Shown: positions 1 to 18,339 of the stretch, piece by piece
How the letters are laid out: every line of letters begins with the position of its first letter
Position numbering within the stretch: position 1 is the stretch's first letter
Source of the DNA: Hemiscyllium ocellatum
Lineage: Eukaryota
Length of the DNA stretch: 64,000 nt
Assembly: GCF_020745735.1 (NCBI RefSeq)
Contig: NC_083433.1
Location: 6,645,363 to 6,709,362, forward strand
Reading direction: 5' to 3'
Translations under genes and position numbers: made by a program
The notes under the pieces: model-generated
Told to the model about the DNA's origin: nothing
The model's database searches: none
What the model saw: the letters and a program-made list of their open reading frames with translations, nothing else

Positions 1-1038
1 TCAAGACTTGGTTTACCTAACAGTATAGGTAACTTTAGCAGAGTAATAACTAGTATTTTAAATTAATCTATCACAAACCCAGAAACCTTTTTTGATTATA
101 GACCTAATTACCAGTTTACAATAAAAAACAAATTACAAAACTGACCAGATTACTTGTTTTTATGTCCTATAGGCATAAATAGTTTCTTGTTTATCTTCCA
201 CTCACTTGAAAGCAGTAATACTTGTAACTTTGGTTGCTCTATACTGAGTGTCCCAAACACTCCTCATGGGAGGTTAGATGGAGTTTTCAAATCTTTGCTG
301 CAACCTTTCTTTTTCTAGGAAACTTTCTATCAAACCAATTCTGACTCTGGCCCCTCCTTGACAGACTCCTCTCCATGAGATCCTAGTTGCCAAGGTGAGC
401 ATTTGACCATGGGTCTTCCCAGACTTGCTGGAACCAATTTCTAGGTACTAGTGTCATTGTTTACAACAGGTAAAAGTGAACTAATGTGATCACCAAGTAC
501 ATGTCTGCAGAACTTTGAGCAGAACCACCCATCCCTAAACTTTCAAGTCTGACTTCCTGAATAAACTTGTCTGATCTGTTTACCTTCTCAAATTGTTGCC
601 TGACAGAGACTAAAAAGTAACCTCCTGGTTCATAACCCTTTTCTTAAAATTCCAGGAAGAAAAGTCAGGGTTCTAACGAGTCACTTGTAACTTCTCCCTG
701 CAGGTGAAGGATTGATCTGTTGCTGTTCACTACAATATCAATATTTAGGGCTGCACTGCAGAGAACCTGGAACTAAAATGGTGGAACCTACCTTCTGAAA
801 ATAATGCTCAAATAGATAGGAGCATGTGGCTTAAGGATGTGCTAAGACTCTGATTTCTAACTTTATTTCTGATGTGGAATTTTAAGTTGACTGACTTGCT
901 GGCTGAACCTAACAATTGGTGCTGTTCCCTGTTCAAGCAACAAGTATATTTGTGATTCTGGAAAAGGCTCTACTGCATTGAATCTTTTAACTATCTTGAG
1001 ATTTGAAATAATGAATCCTGTTTTGTCCCTTACCCCAG

Positions 1039-1818
<780 letters not shown>

Positions 1819-2349
1819 ACTGATGGCAGGGAGAAAAGTTTGGTTTTCTGTATGTGATCTGGAGTGAAGCACTTGCTGTGGAAGCAGTTAATTGTTCTGG
1901 GTTTGATCATGAAATTTTCCAACTGTAAATAAACTCCTGTTGGATTGAGTTAGTCTGTGCTGTGAAATGCCTGTCATTAGCAATCTCGATCACTAGTTAT
2001 ATCTGGTCCCATACTTCCCCTGGCAGCGAATTGTCTTATGCCTATATCACATGATATGTACACTGACCTAGGCTTATGAAGTAAATTTTTCTTCAGTATA
2101 ATGCAAGACAGGCATTCTGACAACTGAACACTTAGCTACCAAGAGCTTTTCCTTCAAGGGAAAGACTAAATGTAGTCCTGGGTGGACATACCAGTGGCAT
2201 TGTTCTCTAATAGCTTTCCTACATGTCCAGCTCTCACCAATCAAACATCAGCTGGTGTGGTTCTTCAAATTCAAAACTAGCTTCTCCACTCCCTGCATCA
2301 CTAAATGAGAGCAAGCCTTCTCAGGAATCTTCTGCTGCCATCACAATAT

Positions 2350-3045
2350 TAGAACATAGAACCATACAGGCCATTTGGCCCTCAATGTCATGCTAGCCTT
2401 TCATTCTACTAACTGTGTCTATCCAAGACTCAATTAAATGTCCCTATTATCTCAGACTCTACTATCACTGCTAGCAGTGCATTCCATACACCTACCACCC
2501 TGTAAAGAACACACATCTTTTTCCCCCCCCCCACCCCCAAACCTCCTTCCAAACACCTTTTAATGTTATCCATCCTGCAATAGCCATTTCCACCCTGGGG
2601 GGAGAAATATCAGTGCCTCTAAATCTTGTACGTCTCTATAAAGTCATTTGTCATCCTTTTTCACTCGTGAGGGAAGCTAGGGCTTCCCTCACTGCCTCCA
2701 GTCCAGGCAGGATCTTGGTAAATCTCCACTACACCCTCTCCAAAGCTTTTACAGCTTTCTGATAATGAGGTGACCAGAACTGAACACAATATTCCAAGTA
2801 TGGCCTAACCAGTGTTCGATAGAGTTGCAGCATAACCTCACGGTTCTTAAATTCAATCCTCTGTTCATGAAAGCCAATCTACCACATGCTGCCTTAACCC
2901 TATTGATTTGGGTTGAAAATTTGAGGGATCTTTGGACGTGAACCTGATGATCCCTCTGTCCCTCCACGTTGCCAAGAATCCTGCATTTAACCCTGTATTC
3001 TGCATTCAATCTTGACCTTCCAAAGTGAATCACTTCACACTTAGT
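2350..3045 (-). mobile_element. CR1-type LINE 3' fragment
   Basis: Minus-strand translation KCEVIHFGRSRLNAEYRV..ILGNVEGQRD..VHVQRSLK resembles the CR1 ORF2 C-terminus; 3' tail (agaacatagaac) near 2350. Confidence 0.82.
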
Positions 3046-3069
3046 AGATTGAATAAAACTCTGATGACA

Positions 3070-3359
3070 ATAGATTAAACTAAATTCCCTACAGTGTGGA
3101 AACAGGTCCTTTGGCCCAACTTGTCCACACCAACCTTCCAAAGAGTAACCTAGACCTATTCCCCCAGTTTACTCCTGACTAATGCACATAACTTCATGGG
3201 TAATTTAGCATAACCAATTCACCTACCTGCACATCTTTGAACTATGGGAGGAAGCCACCACAGACACTGAGGGAATATGCAAACTCCACACAGGAATCGA
3301 ACCCAGGTGTCTGGTGCTGTGCGGCAGCAGTGCTAACCACTGAGCCATTGGGCCACCCC
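3070..3359 (-). mobile_element. tRNA-derived SINE (HE1-like), degenerate
   Basis: Reverse complement starts with A-box TGGCTCAGTGGTTAGCAC and B-box GGTTCGATTCC, and ends in a CR1-like tail (cctgtttccacactgtaggga). Confidence 0.8.
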
Positions 3360-3374
3360 ATCTTATCAAAAGGA

Positions 3375-4035
3375 CGGAAGAAGCTTATGTTTGAGGAGGC
3401 AAAGATCAGACAGGGTTTCAGTGGGCTACAAGGATGCCAGGAAAGAGCTGAAGGAAGACTTGGAAGAGCTAGGAGGGGCAATAAGAAAGCTTTAGTGGGT
3501 AAGATTAAGAAAAAGCCCTAAGGCATTCTACACTTGAGGAACAAGAGGATGGCCAGTGTGAGGGTAAGGCTGATCAGATAGCAGAGGGAACTTGCACTTA
3601 GAGTCAGTGGAAGTAGGGGATGTACTTAATGAATACTTTGTTTCAGTATTTAAAGCTGAGTGGGAATTTGATGTTGCAGAGGACAGCGTGAAACGGACTG
3701 ATATGTGAAAGCGGATGTGCTGAAAAGTTTGGAAAACATAAGGATAGATAAGCCCCCTGCACAAAACAGGATATACCCAAGGTGCTAGAGGAAGTGAGGA
3801 AAGAGAGTAATGCACCCTTGGTGATGAGCTTTGGGTCCCCACTGTCCAGTGGAGTTGTACCAGATCATTGGAGGGTGGCAAATGTTATTCCCTTGTTCAA
3901 GAAAGGGAATAGGGATAATCCTGAGAATTACAGACCAGTCAGTCTTACGTCTCTGGTGGGCAAATTATTGGAGAGGATTCTGAGAGACAGGATTTATGAT
4001 TACTTGGAGAACCATAGTTTGATTAGAGATAGTAT
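3375..4035 (+). mobile_element. CR1-type LINE ORF2 internal fragment
   Basis: WRVANVIPLFKKGNRDNPENYRPVSLTSLVGKLLERILRDRIYDYLE is the motif at the start of CR1 reverse transcriptase. Confidence 0.9.
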
Positions 4036-4570
4036 TAAACTCTGTCTGGCTTTTCTTTTTGAATGCAAAGATAAAGGCTTATCCACACACAATCATTAAA
4101 CTGTGCCTAAAGGGTTGAGGATACTGACTTGTCATATCAGGATCCAACCTAAAAGGTTGGACATTTCTGGTGCCATTTTATAGCCTTACACATGATTTAA
4201 TTCAATAACTACAGGAAAGTGCCAGTCTGAGAGCTTGAAGAATCCACATAATGTGTCACAGTCCCTGTAACAGCTGATAGACCTAGGTCCTCTCTCCATT
4301 CCACAATTACTGCATCAGGATGTCTAACCTTGCACACAGTCAGTGAGGACCAGTATTGGAAGTTCCACGGGTTCAGCTCTAAACTCTGATTATAGCTTTC
4401 ACTATTTGAAACAAGTCAGAGCAGGTTCTCAATTTCTCAACAACATTCCAAAATGAACGAAGTTAAGAAAGTGGCCGGGTTGGCATCTCTGGGGAACTGT
4501 GCCCCACTAATTCCTGTAGATAGGGGCATTGAATTCACTCAATGTGCAAAAGGAAATAACATGGATGTAA

Positions 4571-5027
<457 letters not shown>

Positions 5028-5715
5028 ACTGACTGCAGGGAGTGAGCTTAATTCAGCTCCTTTTTGTTTTATTACTGGTAGTCTTGAGGTTTTTAAATCT
5101 GTTGCATGATGAAACATTCCCCAATCCAGATGTCCCTTTTTTTTATATGTAAGTTTCCCAATTAACCAGATTGTCCTCTGATCTGAACAAGTGAGTATTT
5201 AAAAAAAAATGTTGGGGGAAAGAAACCGAGATGCTGGAAATGAGAAGCTGTTAAAGTTCCACTGGTCTGGCAGTATCCATGCAGAGAAACCATTTCACAT
5301 TCTGGGCTCAGTGATCCTTCCTGAGGAGTGAGTTTATTAGCTAGTGAATGTGAGGAAAGGTGACTAAATGTGTTGTATTTTCACACTTGAAGTGTGAAAT
5401 TTCTTAACAGCCCAGTCAGTTGTGTGCAGAGTATGGTGGGACAGTGTGGCTGTTCAGGTGGGTGAGGTTGGTAATGAAGTAGCTGACTGAGATTTCTGCC
5501 TCCTGTTAGTCAACACGTTCATGTCCTCTATTTTAGTTGGGCAATGACCTGACTAGCTTCCGGCACTGAACAAGTGTTTCTAACCTGCGGTGCAGGGGTG
5601 TCTAATGGCTGTCTCAACTGGGACCTTCACTACTCCATGTCACACTAGCACACTGCCTCCCTAAGATACAGGCCAGGGATTGCAGTTAGTTTTTTATCTT
5701 AATTTCTGGGAGAGC

Positions 5716-5882
5716 AAAAACAGCCTGCTGGAAAATCTCAGCAGGTCTGGCAGCATCTGTTAGGAGAGAAAAGAGTTGACGTTTTGAGTTTAACTGACCC
5801 TTTGTCAAATTTTCCAGCATGTTCTCTTTTTTGTTTGCAGATTCCAGCATCTGCAGTAATTTGCTTTTAAAAACAGCCTGCT
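5716..5882. mobile_element. Short insertion of a common repeat end (possibly Penelope-like) flanked by a 14-bp direct repeat
   Basis: AAAAACAGCCTGCT at 5716-5729 and 5869-5882. The inside (ctcagcaggtctggcagcatctg ... ccagcatctgcagt) resembles 24380-24490, 51040-51160 and 60545-60650. Confidence 0.6.
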
Positions 5883-6012
5883 ATTTGAGCCATAATCCAC
5901 AACTTTCTGCTATCATCCCTCTGTCAATTTCCATTTCAACGAAGTGAAATCAAGATGGTGAGTGGATTAGGTCCTGATTGAGATTTACTTCCCACTTTAT
6001 CGCCACTTGCAG

Positions 6013-6630
6013 TCCTCTTACTTTGACCGGGACGATGTTGCCCTGCGTCACTTTGATGAGTTCTTCAAGGAGCAGTCCCATGAGGAACGGGAACACGCTG
6101 AGAAACGGATGGAATTCCAGAATAAACGTGGAGGCCGTGTCCTCCTGCAGGATGTCAAGGTTGGGTTTTTATTTAGTATTTTAATCCTCCTAGACTGGAA
6201 CTGAGATGTGTATTAAGCTTGTGGAAAGAGTTACCTATTCATCCTTGTGTACTATTTAATACATTGAGTGAAATACCACCATGTTTTTCCCCTCCAGAAG
6301 CCAGAGCAGGATGAGTGGGGCAATGGTCTGGGGGCAATGCAGAGAGCTCTGCAGATGGAGAAGGATGTGAACCAGAGTCTGCTGGATCTGCACAAACTCT
6401 CCTCTGGCCATACTGACCCTCATGTGAGTTCCTCAAGGAATAAATTTTCAGCTGAAGGTGATCATGGTGATGTCTGAGGTTAAATGAAACTGTCAGTATA
6501 TCAGCACTGATACCATTGAAGAAAAAGATCACATGCTATTTTGAGTGAACTACTGTTTCCCTCATACTTTTTCTTCCCAGCTATGTGACTTCCTGGAGAG
6601 GGAATACTTGGATGAGCAAGTGAAGATGAT
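6013..6630 (+). pseudogene. Ferritin fragment C: exons 2, 3 and a truncated exon 4; no exon 1
   Basis: Exon 2 6013-6159 (A>D, L>R), exon 3 6298-6423 (E>G). Exon 4 homology covers only 6581-6630 ([17 protein letters not shown]), then unrelated sequence. No exon 1 between 5027 and 6013. Confidence 0.9.
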
Positions 6631-7060
6631 AGTTATAGCAAGGCCTCCTGTTTTTATACTCCATTCCCTGTGTGATACTTGCCAACAGTCCATCTGCCTT
6701 GCCTATTACTTGGATACAGCCTATAATCAGTCTGTACTGTCTACCTGGGTGGCCATGTGATGTCCAGCAGTTTGAACAATGCTTCTTGTGACCATTGGAC
6801 ATGCCCTGCATCTTAAATCCTCATTGACTAGAACAGTGTCAACACTCAAAAATATTTCTGTTCATGTGGCCAGTTTAGGTCAGATGATTTAATTTTTAAA
6901 TCACTTCATCCTTATCCAGCCATAAGTTGAGGGTTAGGTCAGAATCTATTAGTCTAATAACAATGGCCTCCTCAAGATTAATTCTAAGGCTCTGGGTTAT
7001 TGACATTCCCTAAGCTCCTTCTCTGTTACTCATTTGGTGCCTGGATGCATGGGTAATTCT

Positions 7061-7138
7061 TGATTGACAACGGGCGATAGCCAATCAGCAGTGATGCCTC
7101 TCCCTGGTTGGATGCAGGGTGTCCCAGGAGGATAAATA
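7061..7138 (+). promoter_or_regulatory. Promoter of D: TGATTGACAA-N10-CCAATCAG plus GATAAATA TATA-like box
   Basis: Motifs at 7061-7088 and 7131-7138; position conserved relative to the ATG in the other copies. Confidence 0.7.
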
Positions 7139-7205
7139 CAAAAGCTTGTGGGAGCGAGGCTCAGTTCTAGAGTTGTCTAGGTGAAAGTGAGCAGGAATAG
7201 TGAAG

Positions 7206-10012
<2,807 letters not shown>

Positions 10013-11229
10013 CTAGGGTTATTGAACAAACTGTTCCATATAATGACCCAATTCTGGTGAATACCTTGATTTATACTGTCATTCTACATGGAAATAAAAT
10101 GTGTGGAACTGGCTTTAATCTCTTTTTTTTTGTCTGATTTGAGTATTAGCCAACCAGGGAAACATAACTGGAAAATATCTACAGTATAAATTCTACTCAC
10201 TTCAACACCTGCCCAGGCTAGTTGTTGAAATGGTTTCTGTGTGCATTGATACAGTTCCATGGGAAACATTGCATCATTTGTTCCTGCAAAGGGATTTCTC
10301 AGTAAAGTGTTGGTTATATTAATAAAAACTTCGTGTTATGTTAGTTCTCTAGTTCTTTACCTTTTGTATTCTGTGGCATGTTATCCACTTTTCCAGAAGA
10401 ATTTAGACACTTAGCTACATTTTTTGTTTTCGTTTTCTGACCTTACAACCAAATACTGACATGTGCTCTTGTCTTTTAGCTGACAATGACAAGCCATCAA
10501 TTGTTCAGATCTCCTTCCATCCACCATTACACCTTCCAGGGCAACATCTGTGAAATAGCAGTGAAAACACTTACGGCATCAGACTAAAGGTCTTGCTTTC
10601 AGACACAGTTTGCAGAGGGAACGCAAACTAGGTCCTAGCTGTAATCTGAGGATTTCTTGGGAATAAGCCTCAGCCTGCGAACAACCAAGGAAGTGAAGTT
10701 AGGCTCAAAGCATTTCACGCTCTTGTTCTGTTTCCTACTTCCATCTGGCTCCCAAGCAGGTGACCTTTCCAATTTAGTTGTAAAGCCGTGCTCTCAGCCA
10801 GGGACCACACCATGGGAATGTGGGATGGATTACGCTCCGAAGGCAAGGTCCTAGTTACTAACTTGTTCAGCTCCAATATTGTAAAGGTCTGAAAGCAAAG
10901 CATTGGCTTTGCTCAACTAGAAACCCCACATCAGCATAATCCACAAGTTTTATTTGGAGAGGGGGGGGAAGAGCTTTTAAATCTGGTTGAGAAATCGTTT
11001 TGAGTTTGGGGAGTAATGGGGCAGTGAGCAATGAACTCTGAGACCAGGCTACAACTTCTAGCTGTACTGTTCTACAGCATCAGGTTTTTCATTCCATAAC
11101 TAAATGGGATCGATGAAGGAGTAGAGTCCCTATCCCCTTTTGAGAGTGATGCTGTGGGGTGAGTGACAGTAAGTACTGTAGATGGGAGTAGAAAATTACA
11201 TAATAGTCACATGGACAAATGCAGATCAT

Positions 11230-12460
11230 TTGAGGAGATCGAGCATGGATATCATAAAGGAACACCACATTTAACTACTATACAGGAGTTTTTTGAAGAG
11301 CTAACCAAGAGGGTTGCTGTCAGTGTGGTCAATGTGGACCTCCAAAAGACCTTTGATACCATGCCACATGACACTCTTGTGAACAATGTTAAAGCTCCTG
11401 GAATAAAAGGCAGCACAGTGACGTGGATATGGAGTTGGCTGAGTGACTGGAAACACAACGTAATGGCTAATGGATGTTCTTTGGACCTGGGGGGGATGGT
11501 TTGTAATGGAGCTCCACAGCTTCCAGGGTGGGAGCCATGTTTTTTCCAGTCCAAATGAATGACTTAGACCTTGACATAAAGGGCACAATTTCAGAATTTG
11601 TGTGTGATAAGACACTTAGTGTGAGCAGCACAGTGTGGACTTTCAAAAGGACATAGACAAGTTGGTGGAATGAGCAAGGGAATAGCAGATGAAGTTCAAT
11701 ACAGAAAAAAATGGCAGGAAGCACATGAAGAGCCAACATCAATTAAAAGGTGCAGCTCTAAAGTGGGCACAGGAGTGGGCGAACTCGGATGGTGCATATG
11801 TGCATTGTCATTAATGGTGCAAAGACCAGTTGAGAGTGCGGTAAATGAAGCACACGGTGCTTGAGCTTTATTAATAGGGGCATAGAGCACCAGAGCAAGG
11901 GGGTTATGCTGAACTTGCTTAAGTTTGACCTCAAAAGGAGTATTGTGTCTAGTTCTGGACATCATACTTGAGGAAAGATATAAATGCATTGGAGAGAGAG
12001 TGGAAGGGGTTTACTGGAATGCTTCCAGGTTTGAGGAATTTCAGTTGTGAGGATAGACAGGAGAAGCTGGCGTTGTTCTCCCTGGAGAACAAAGGTCTAA
12101 GAGCTTTTCAATTTCACAGGGGATCCAAACAGAACAAATAGAGGACAATGTTCCTGTTTGGGAAAGGATCAGGAACAAGACAGTGTGGGTTTAAAGTAAT
12201 TGGCAAAAGAAGCTGAAGTGATGTGAGAAAAATATTCTTCCAACACATCGATTGGTGAGGGTCTGAAATGTATGGCCTGAGAGTGTGGTGGAGGCAGGTT
12301 CAATCAAAGCATTCAAAAGGGAATTAGACTAAGATCTGAAAGGGATGAACACAGAGGTTACAGGGACAATGCAGAAGAATGACAATTGGTGAGATGCTCA
12401 GCGAGCTGGTACTGATACAATGGGCTGAATGGCCACCCTCAGTACTGTCATAACTCCGTG
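11230..12460 (+). mobile_element. Decayed CR1-type LINE, RT domain to 3' tail
   Basis: EFFEELTKRV..VDLQKTFDTMPHDTLV..GIKGSTVTWIWSWLSDWK (RT), continuing to the tail gggctgaatggccaccctcagtactgtcataact. Confidence 0.85.
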
Positions 12461-12529
12461 ACAGTGGGCAGATATGAAAGCCTAATGAAAAAGACCAGAG
12501 CATATTAGGTTTTGTCACAGATAAGTCAT

Positions 12530-13055
12530 ATTCCAACGGTGTAGAATTCTCATTAGACCACATTTGGAACACAGTGTTTAGTTCTGATAGGGTTTCTGAG
12601 GGAGGTTAGCAGAGCTTCACCAGCATTATCTCAGCTCCAAGCTGGGGGTTACATTATGAGTGCAGTTTACATCGACTAGTCTTGTCCTTGCAAGAGCTTG
12701 GAAGACTCAAGGATGAATATTATCCAGGCGTTTTGGATAGATCTAATTGTACTGTTAGAGAAAAAATATTTCCTGTGATAAAATAATCCTGGAAAAGGGA
12801 GAATAATTTCAAATCAGAGCTATGTTAATCATGATGATGATTTCTTCACACAAATTGCATTATCTCCCACAACATTTTGAAAGTCAATAGAACATTTCAA
12901 AACTGTTTTGTTGAGTTTTATTAGTTAAGAATATAATGCAATATAGAACCAAGGCAAAGATATGAAATGAAGAGACAGACTCGTGCTGATATAATGGAAT
13001 GGGGGGTGGTGGGGGGGGAACAGACCTGAGAGGCTGCATGGTCTCTTTATCACAG
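12530..13055 (+). mobile_element. Very old CR1 3' fragment abutting the promoter of E
   Basis: agaccacatttggaacacagtgtttagttctg ... agagcttcaccagc ... acagacctgagaggctgcatggtctc resembles the CR1 C-terminus and tail. Confidence 0.55.
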
Positions 13056-13089
13056 AATCATCATCTGAACCTGTCTGTATCCCAAATCT

Positions 13090-13236
13090 CTGATTGGCTC
13101 TTAGTCTCAGTCTCTGCTCTCCTTAGTTCATTGATGCCTGGTTTCATGGAGATTCCTGATTGGCTGTCAGGGATTGTCAATCATCATTGTGATGCCACTC
13201 CCTGGTTGAGTGCAGGATGTCCCAGGAGGATAAATA
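13090..13236 (+). promoter_or_regulatory. Promoter of E: two CTGATTGG boxes 66 bp apart, TGTCAATCA, GATAAATA
   Basis: CTGATTGG at 13090 and 13156; GATAAATA 13229-13236. Confidence 0.68.
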
Positions 13237-13303
13237 CAAGAGCTTGTGGGCAAGAGGCTTAGTTCTAGAGTTGTTGAGGTGATAGTGAGGAGGAATAGGA
13301 AAG

Positions 13304-14980
<1,677 letters not shown>

Positions 14981-15429
14981 GTGGGATTCGACAACTCCAT
15001 TTGTTGGACGTGGTGACTTCATTCTAGTGGATGACTTTGGTTGTGCTCTGCACAAAATTAAAATAGTGTTCACCATGGAACGGAGTGCTTTGTGATTTTT
15101 TTTTTTCACTTCATTTGGTTCTTGGAGGCTTTGACTGTTAAATATTTTTGCTCCTTCTTCTTGATCAATGCCTGTCCTTGTTCAGTTTTTGAATCTCTTG
15201 AATATTTATATGCATTTTTGAAACGTGATTCTTGTATTAGAAGTTCCACAACAGCTTAGCTTTGTAGCTCGCAAGTAATGCTTGTTCACCAGTCTTGTGC
15301 TGACTTGAAATTTTGTAGGAACAGCCTCTCATCAATTTCTTGACAGAAACCAGTCCACCTGTCTAAATGTTATACACCTATCTGATGCACTGTTCCTAGC
15401 AGTGGTTAGATTTAAGCTGGAAATCCAAA

Positions 15430-15830
15430 TAGTCAGAAGTACAGCATGGAAACAGACCCTTCAGTCCAATCTGTCCATGTTAACCAGATATCCCAACCCA
15501 ATCTAGCCCCACCTGCTGGCACCTGTTCCATATCCTTCCTATTCATATACCCATCCAATTACCTCTTAAATGTTGCCATTGTACCAGCCTCCACCACCAC
15601 CTCTGGCAGCTCATTCCATACATGTACTATCCTGTGTGGAAAAAGTTGCCCATTAGATCTCTTTATCTTCCCCTCTCTGTCTAAACCATGTCCTCTAGTT
15701 CTGGACTCCCTGACCCCAGGGAAAAGACTTTGTCTATTTACCCTATCCATGCCCCTCCAATTTTGTAAACCTCTATATAAAGTCACATCTGAATTAAACT
15801 CCATCTGTCACTTCTCAGGCCATTGGCCCA
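15430..15830 (-). mobile_element. CR1-type LINE 3' fragment
   Basis: RGMDRVNRQSLFPGVRESRTRGH..RIVHVWNELPEVVVEAGTMATFKR on the minus strand. Confidence 0.88.
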
Positions 15831-17069
15831 TCTGATGAAGATAGAAATTGCTGGTGAGTAAAAAGACTCCATTGTAAGAGAAATCTGTTTAATGTTTGAA
15901 TCCCATAACTTTTCAGAAGCTGCCAAACCTGCTATATTTTTGCAGCAGTTTCTGTTCTTCTTTAACAAATAATTTTGACTAGTCTACTAATTTAGTAGAG
16001 TCCAATGGCAATCATCTTGCATGCAAGATACACTACTTTTAACCTATTACTTTTTGGATAAGCAATACTTGCTTGCTATCGGGATTTTCTTTCCCTGAAC
16101 TAGGAATTTGTTTTGCATGTATCAGCATTCTCCAGCATAGTCTCTGCTTTTGATTAGGATGCTGGCATCAGTGAACAGTGATGACTGACTATGGTGCCTA
16201 ATCCTCAACCCCATGAGGCACAAATGTGGCATAATGCCTATTAATGCTCTAGCAATGTAGGTCTGCCTCCAGCTGAGGATAACTGGTGGAATTTAAAGCT
16301 AGAACCCACGAGTGCTACAGCAACTATCAGTAGTCTCAATTTTTTTTTTAGTTCACTTTTAAGGAAGGAAATCAGGTGGCTTAGATAATTCCACACCCAC
16401 TGCAATCAGCCTCTTGCTGCTGGTGCTCACATTCTGTCAAAAGAGGGGACAGAAAATTAATTTGGCCAATGACTACTCTATCATTTTCTGGAAACCGCAC
16501 TTTGTGTGTCACAGCTTGAGCTGAGGTTTATAGGCTGTACTTTGGGTAAAAGACAACCCTTGCTATTTGTAACATTCTTTTTGATGATTTCTGCAGAAAG
16601 AAGTAAAAGTTAAACATCCGAGCTTTCCAGACCTTCAACTGGGAGAAGACTTGACTGCAAATGTAGATTGTAATGTTCAAATCCATGACTGGTCCATTTT
16701 AAACAACTGTTGGTTTTTAGACTCAACAGAGCTCTTTGTGGTGTAGCTCATCCTTCTGAATTTTGGGTATTGAACCTAGCAAGATTCTGTCTACGTTCTA
16801 AGTGATGGACTAATATAGATTTGGTTATGCTCATCACAAGCCAAGAGGGGCCATTTCCATTTGTGCGTCTTGATTTGGGCTGAAGAACAGACATCCTTAG
16901 CTTAAGTTTTGAGGACAGTCAAAGCTGCCACCTTGAATGATTTCTTTGATCAGGATCCACACAAAATCACTTTGGAAAAATGGAAATAATGTATCCATGG
17001 CTGGGGAATTGGTTTGAGGGGGTGGGTGTCAGCGATAGGATCGGAATAATGAGTGTTCCAACAACACAT

Positions 17070-17440
17070 GTAAGAATCTTGACACCCTCCAGCTCAAAGC
17101 AATCCATTAATTGGCATAACAACCACAAACATTCACTCCCTCCACCATTGACATGCCAGTATAATCTACCACATGCTGTAGAAATTCACCAAAGATCCTC
17201 AGACAGCACCTTCCAAACCCATGACCATTTCCATCGAGAAGGATAACAGCAACAGATCCATGGGAACACCACCTCCTGCACGTTCCCCTCCAAGACGCTC
17301 ACCATCCTGATTTGGAAATATATCACAGTTCCTTCAGTGCTGCTGGATCAGAATACTGGAATTCTGTCCCAAATGACATATTGCACAACAACAATTCAAG
17401 ACGACAATAATAATTCGGGATATGCCCAGCCAATCCCATG
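17070..17440 (+). mobile_element. LINE 3' fragment (second CR1/L2-clade family)
   Basis: aacattcactccctccacca..cagcaccttccaaaccca..gggaacaccacc..ttggaaatatatc. The same family occurs at 29780-30075 (+), 30680-30880 (-), 31290-31605 (-) and 35900-36215 (-). Confidence 0.7.
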
Positions 17441-18339
17441 AGTCAATGAAAAAAAAACCAAGATGTGACTACTATCCCCAAGGAGAAGCACTGGGGACAG
17501 TAGTCACACCTTGCTTTTTTTTCATTGATTTATTTGATTTATAAATGTTACAGCTGAAGGAATGGAGGGCCATAATTCAAAAGTCTGCTGTTGGCACATC
17601 AGGTGGCACATTATCATGAGAGCAGACTGTTGCAAAGTTTAATGGAGTGGGCAAGACTGGCAGATACAGAACAGCGAGGAGATACTTCCGACCAAGAAAG
17701 ACAAGTCAGAAGTGTTTTATAAATGGTGATATCTGCTGTGTCATTAAAACTAAAGATCAAAACAAAATTATTCAGACAAGTGGACAGAAACGTAGTGAAC
17801 AGATGCAAAAACACAAAACAAAGAAACTAATTAGTTAGTCCTGATCTCAAAGAGGTTCAAATCCCTTTGGATGGAGGTTCTTTGTAAAATTGTCAAATTC
17901 TGATTCAACCACATCTGGAGAGCTCAGTTCTGGCAGAGATGGTGCAGCCCAGAATTTCTCAATGAACTCAGAGATAAAGAGTTGGTTAAATGAAGACAAC
18001 AGTTTTCCCTAGTCCCTCAGGGTATAAGGTTAATGAATGGTGGTAATTGGAATTTTTAAGAGGAGTAATGGATTTAACAGGGTAGACAGACAGGTACAGT
18101 TTCTTCTCAATGGGTCATCTAGGTGTGGAATGGGATTATAATCTTCACATTTGAACTAAATTGTCCAGGATAATGTCAGAAATGGCTTCTTCACAAGAAG
18201 GATATACACATGTATGCACATATACACATTTATGCACATGCCTACACACACGGTCAATTGAAGATTTCAAAATTAGGATTAATCAATTTTTATTGGGTAA
18301 AAGTTTGATGTTGGCAATCACTTTCTAATTTCAAAGCAG

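Noticed and set aside
1-700. Possible solo LTR within intron 1 of unit A
   Set aside because: Composition is suggestive, but no termini, TSD or second copy can be shown in the window.
6581-6760. Unit C as a ferritin with a novel C-terminus (open frame to 6760)
   Set aside because: No exon 1 or promoter, and damaging substitutions (L>R, A>D in helix B). The read-through into unrelated sequence is most simply a deletion junction.
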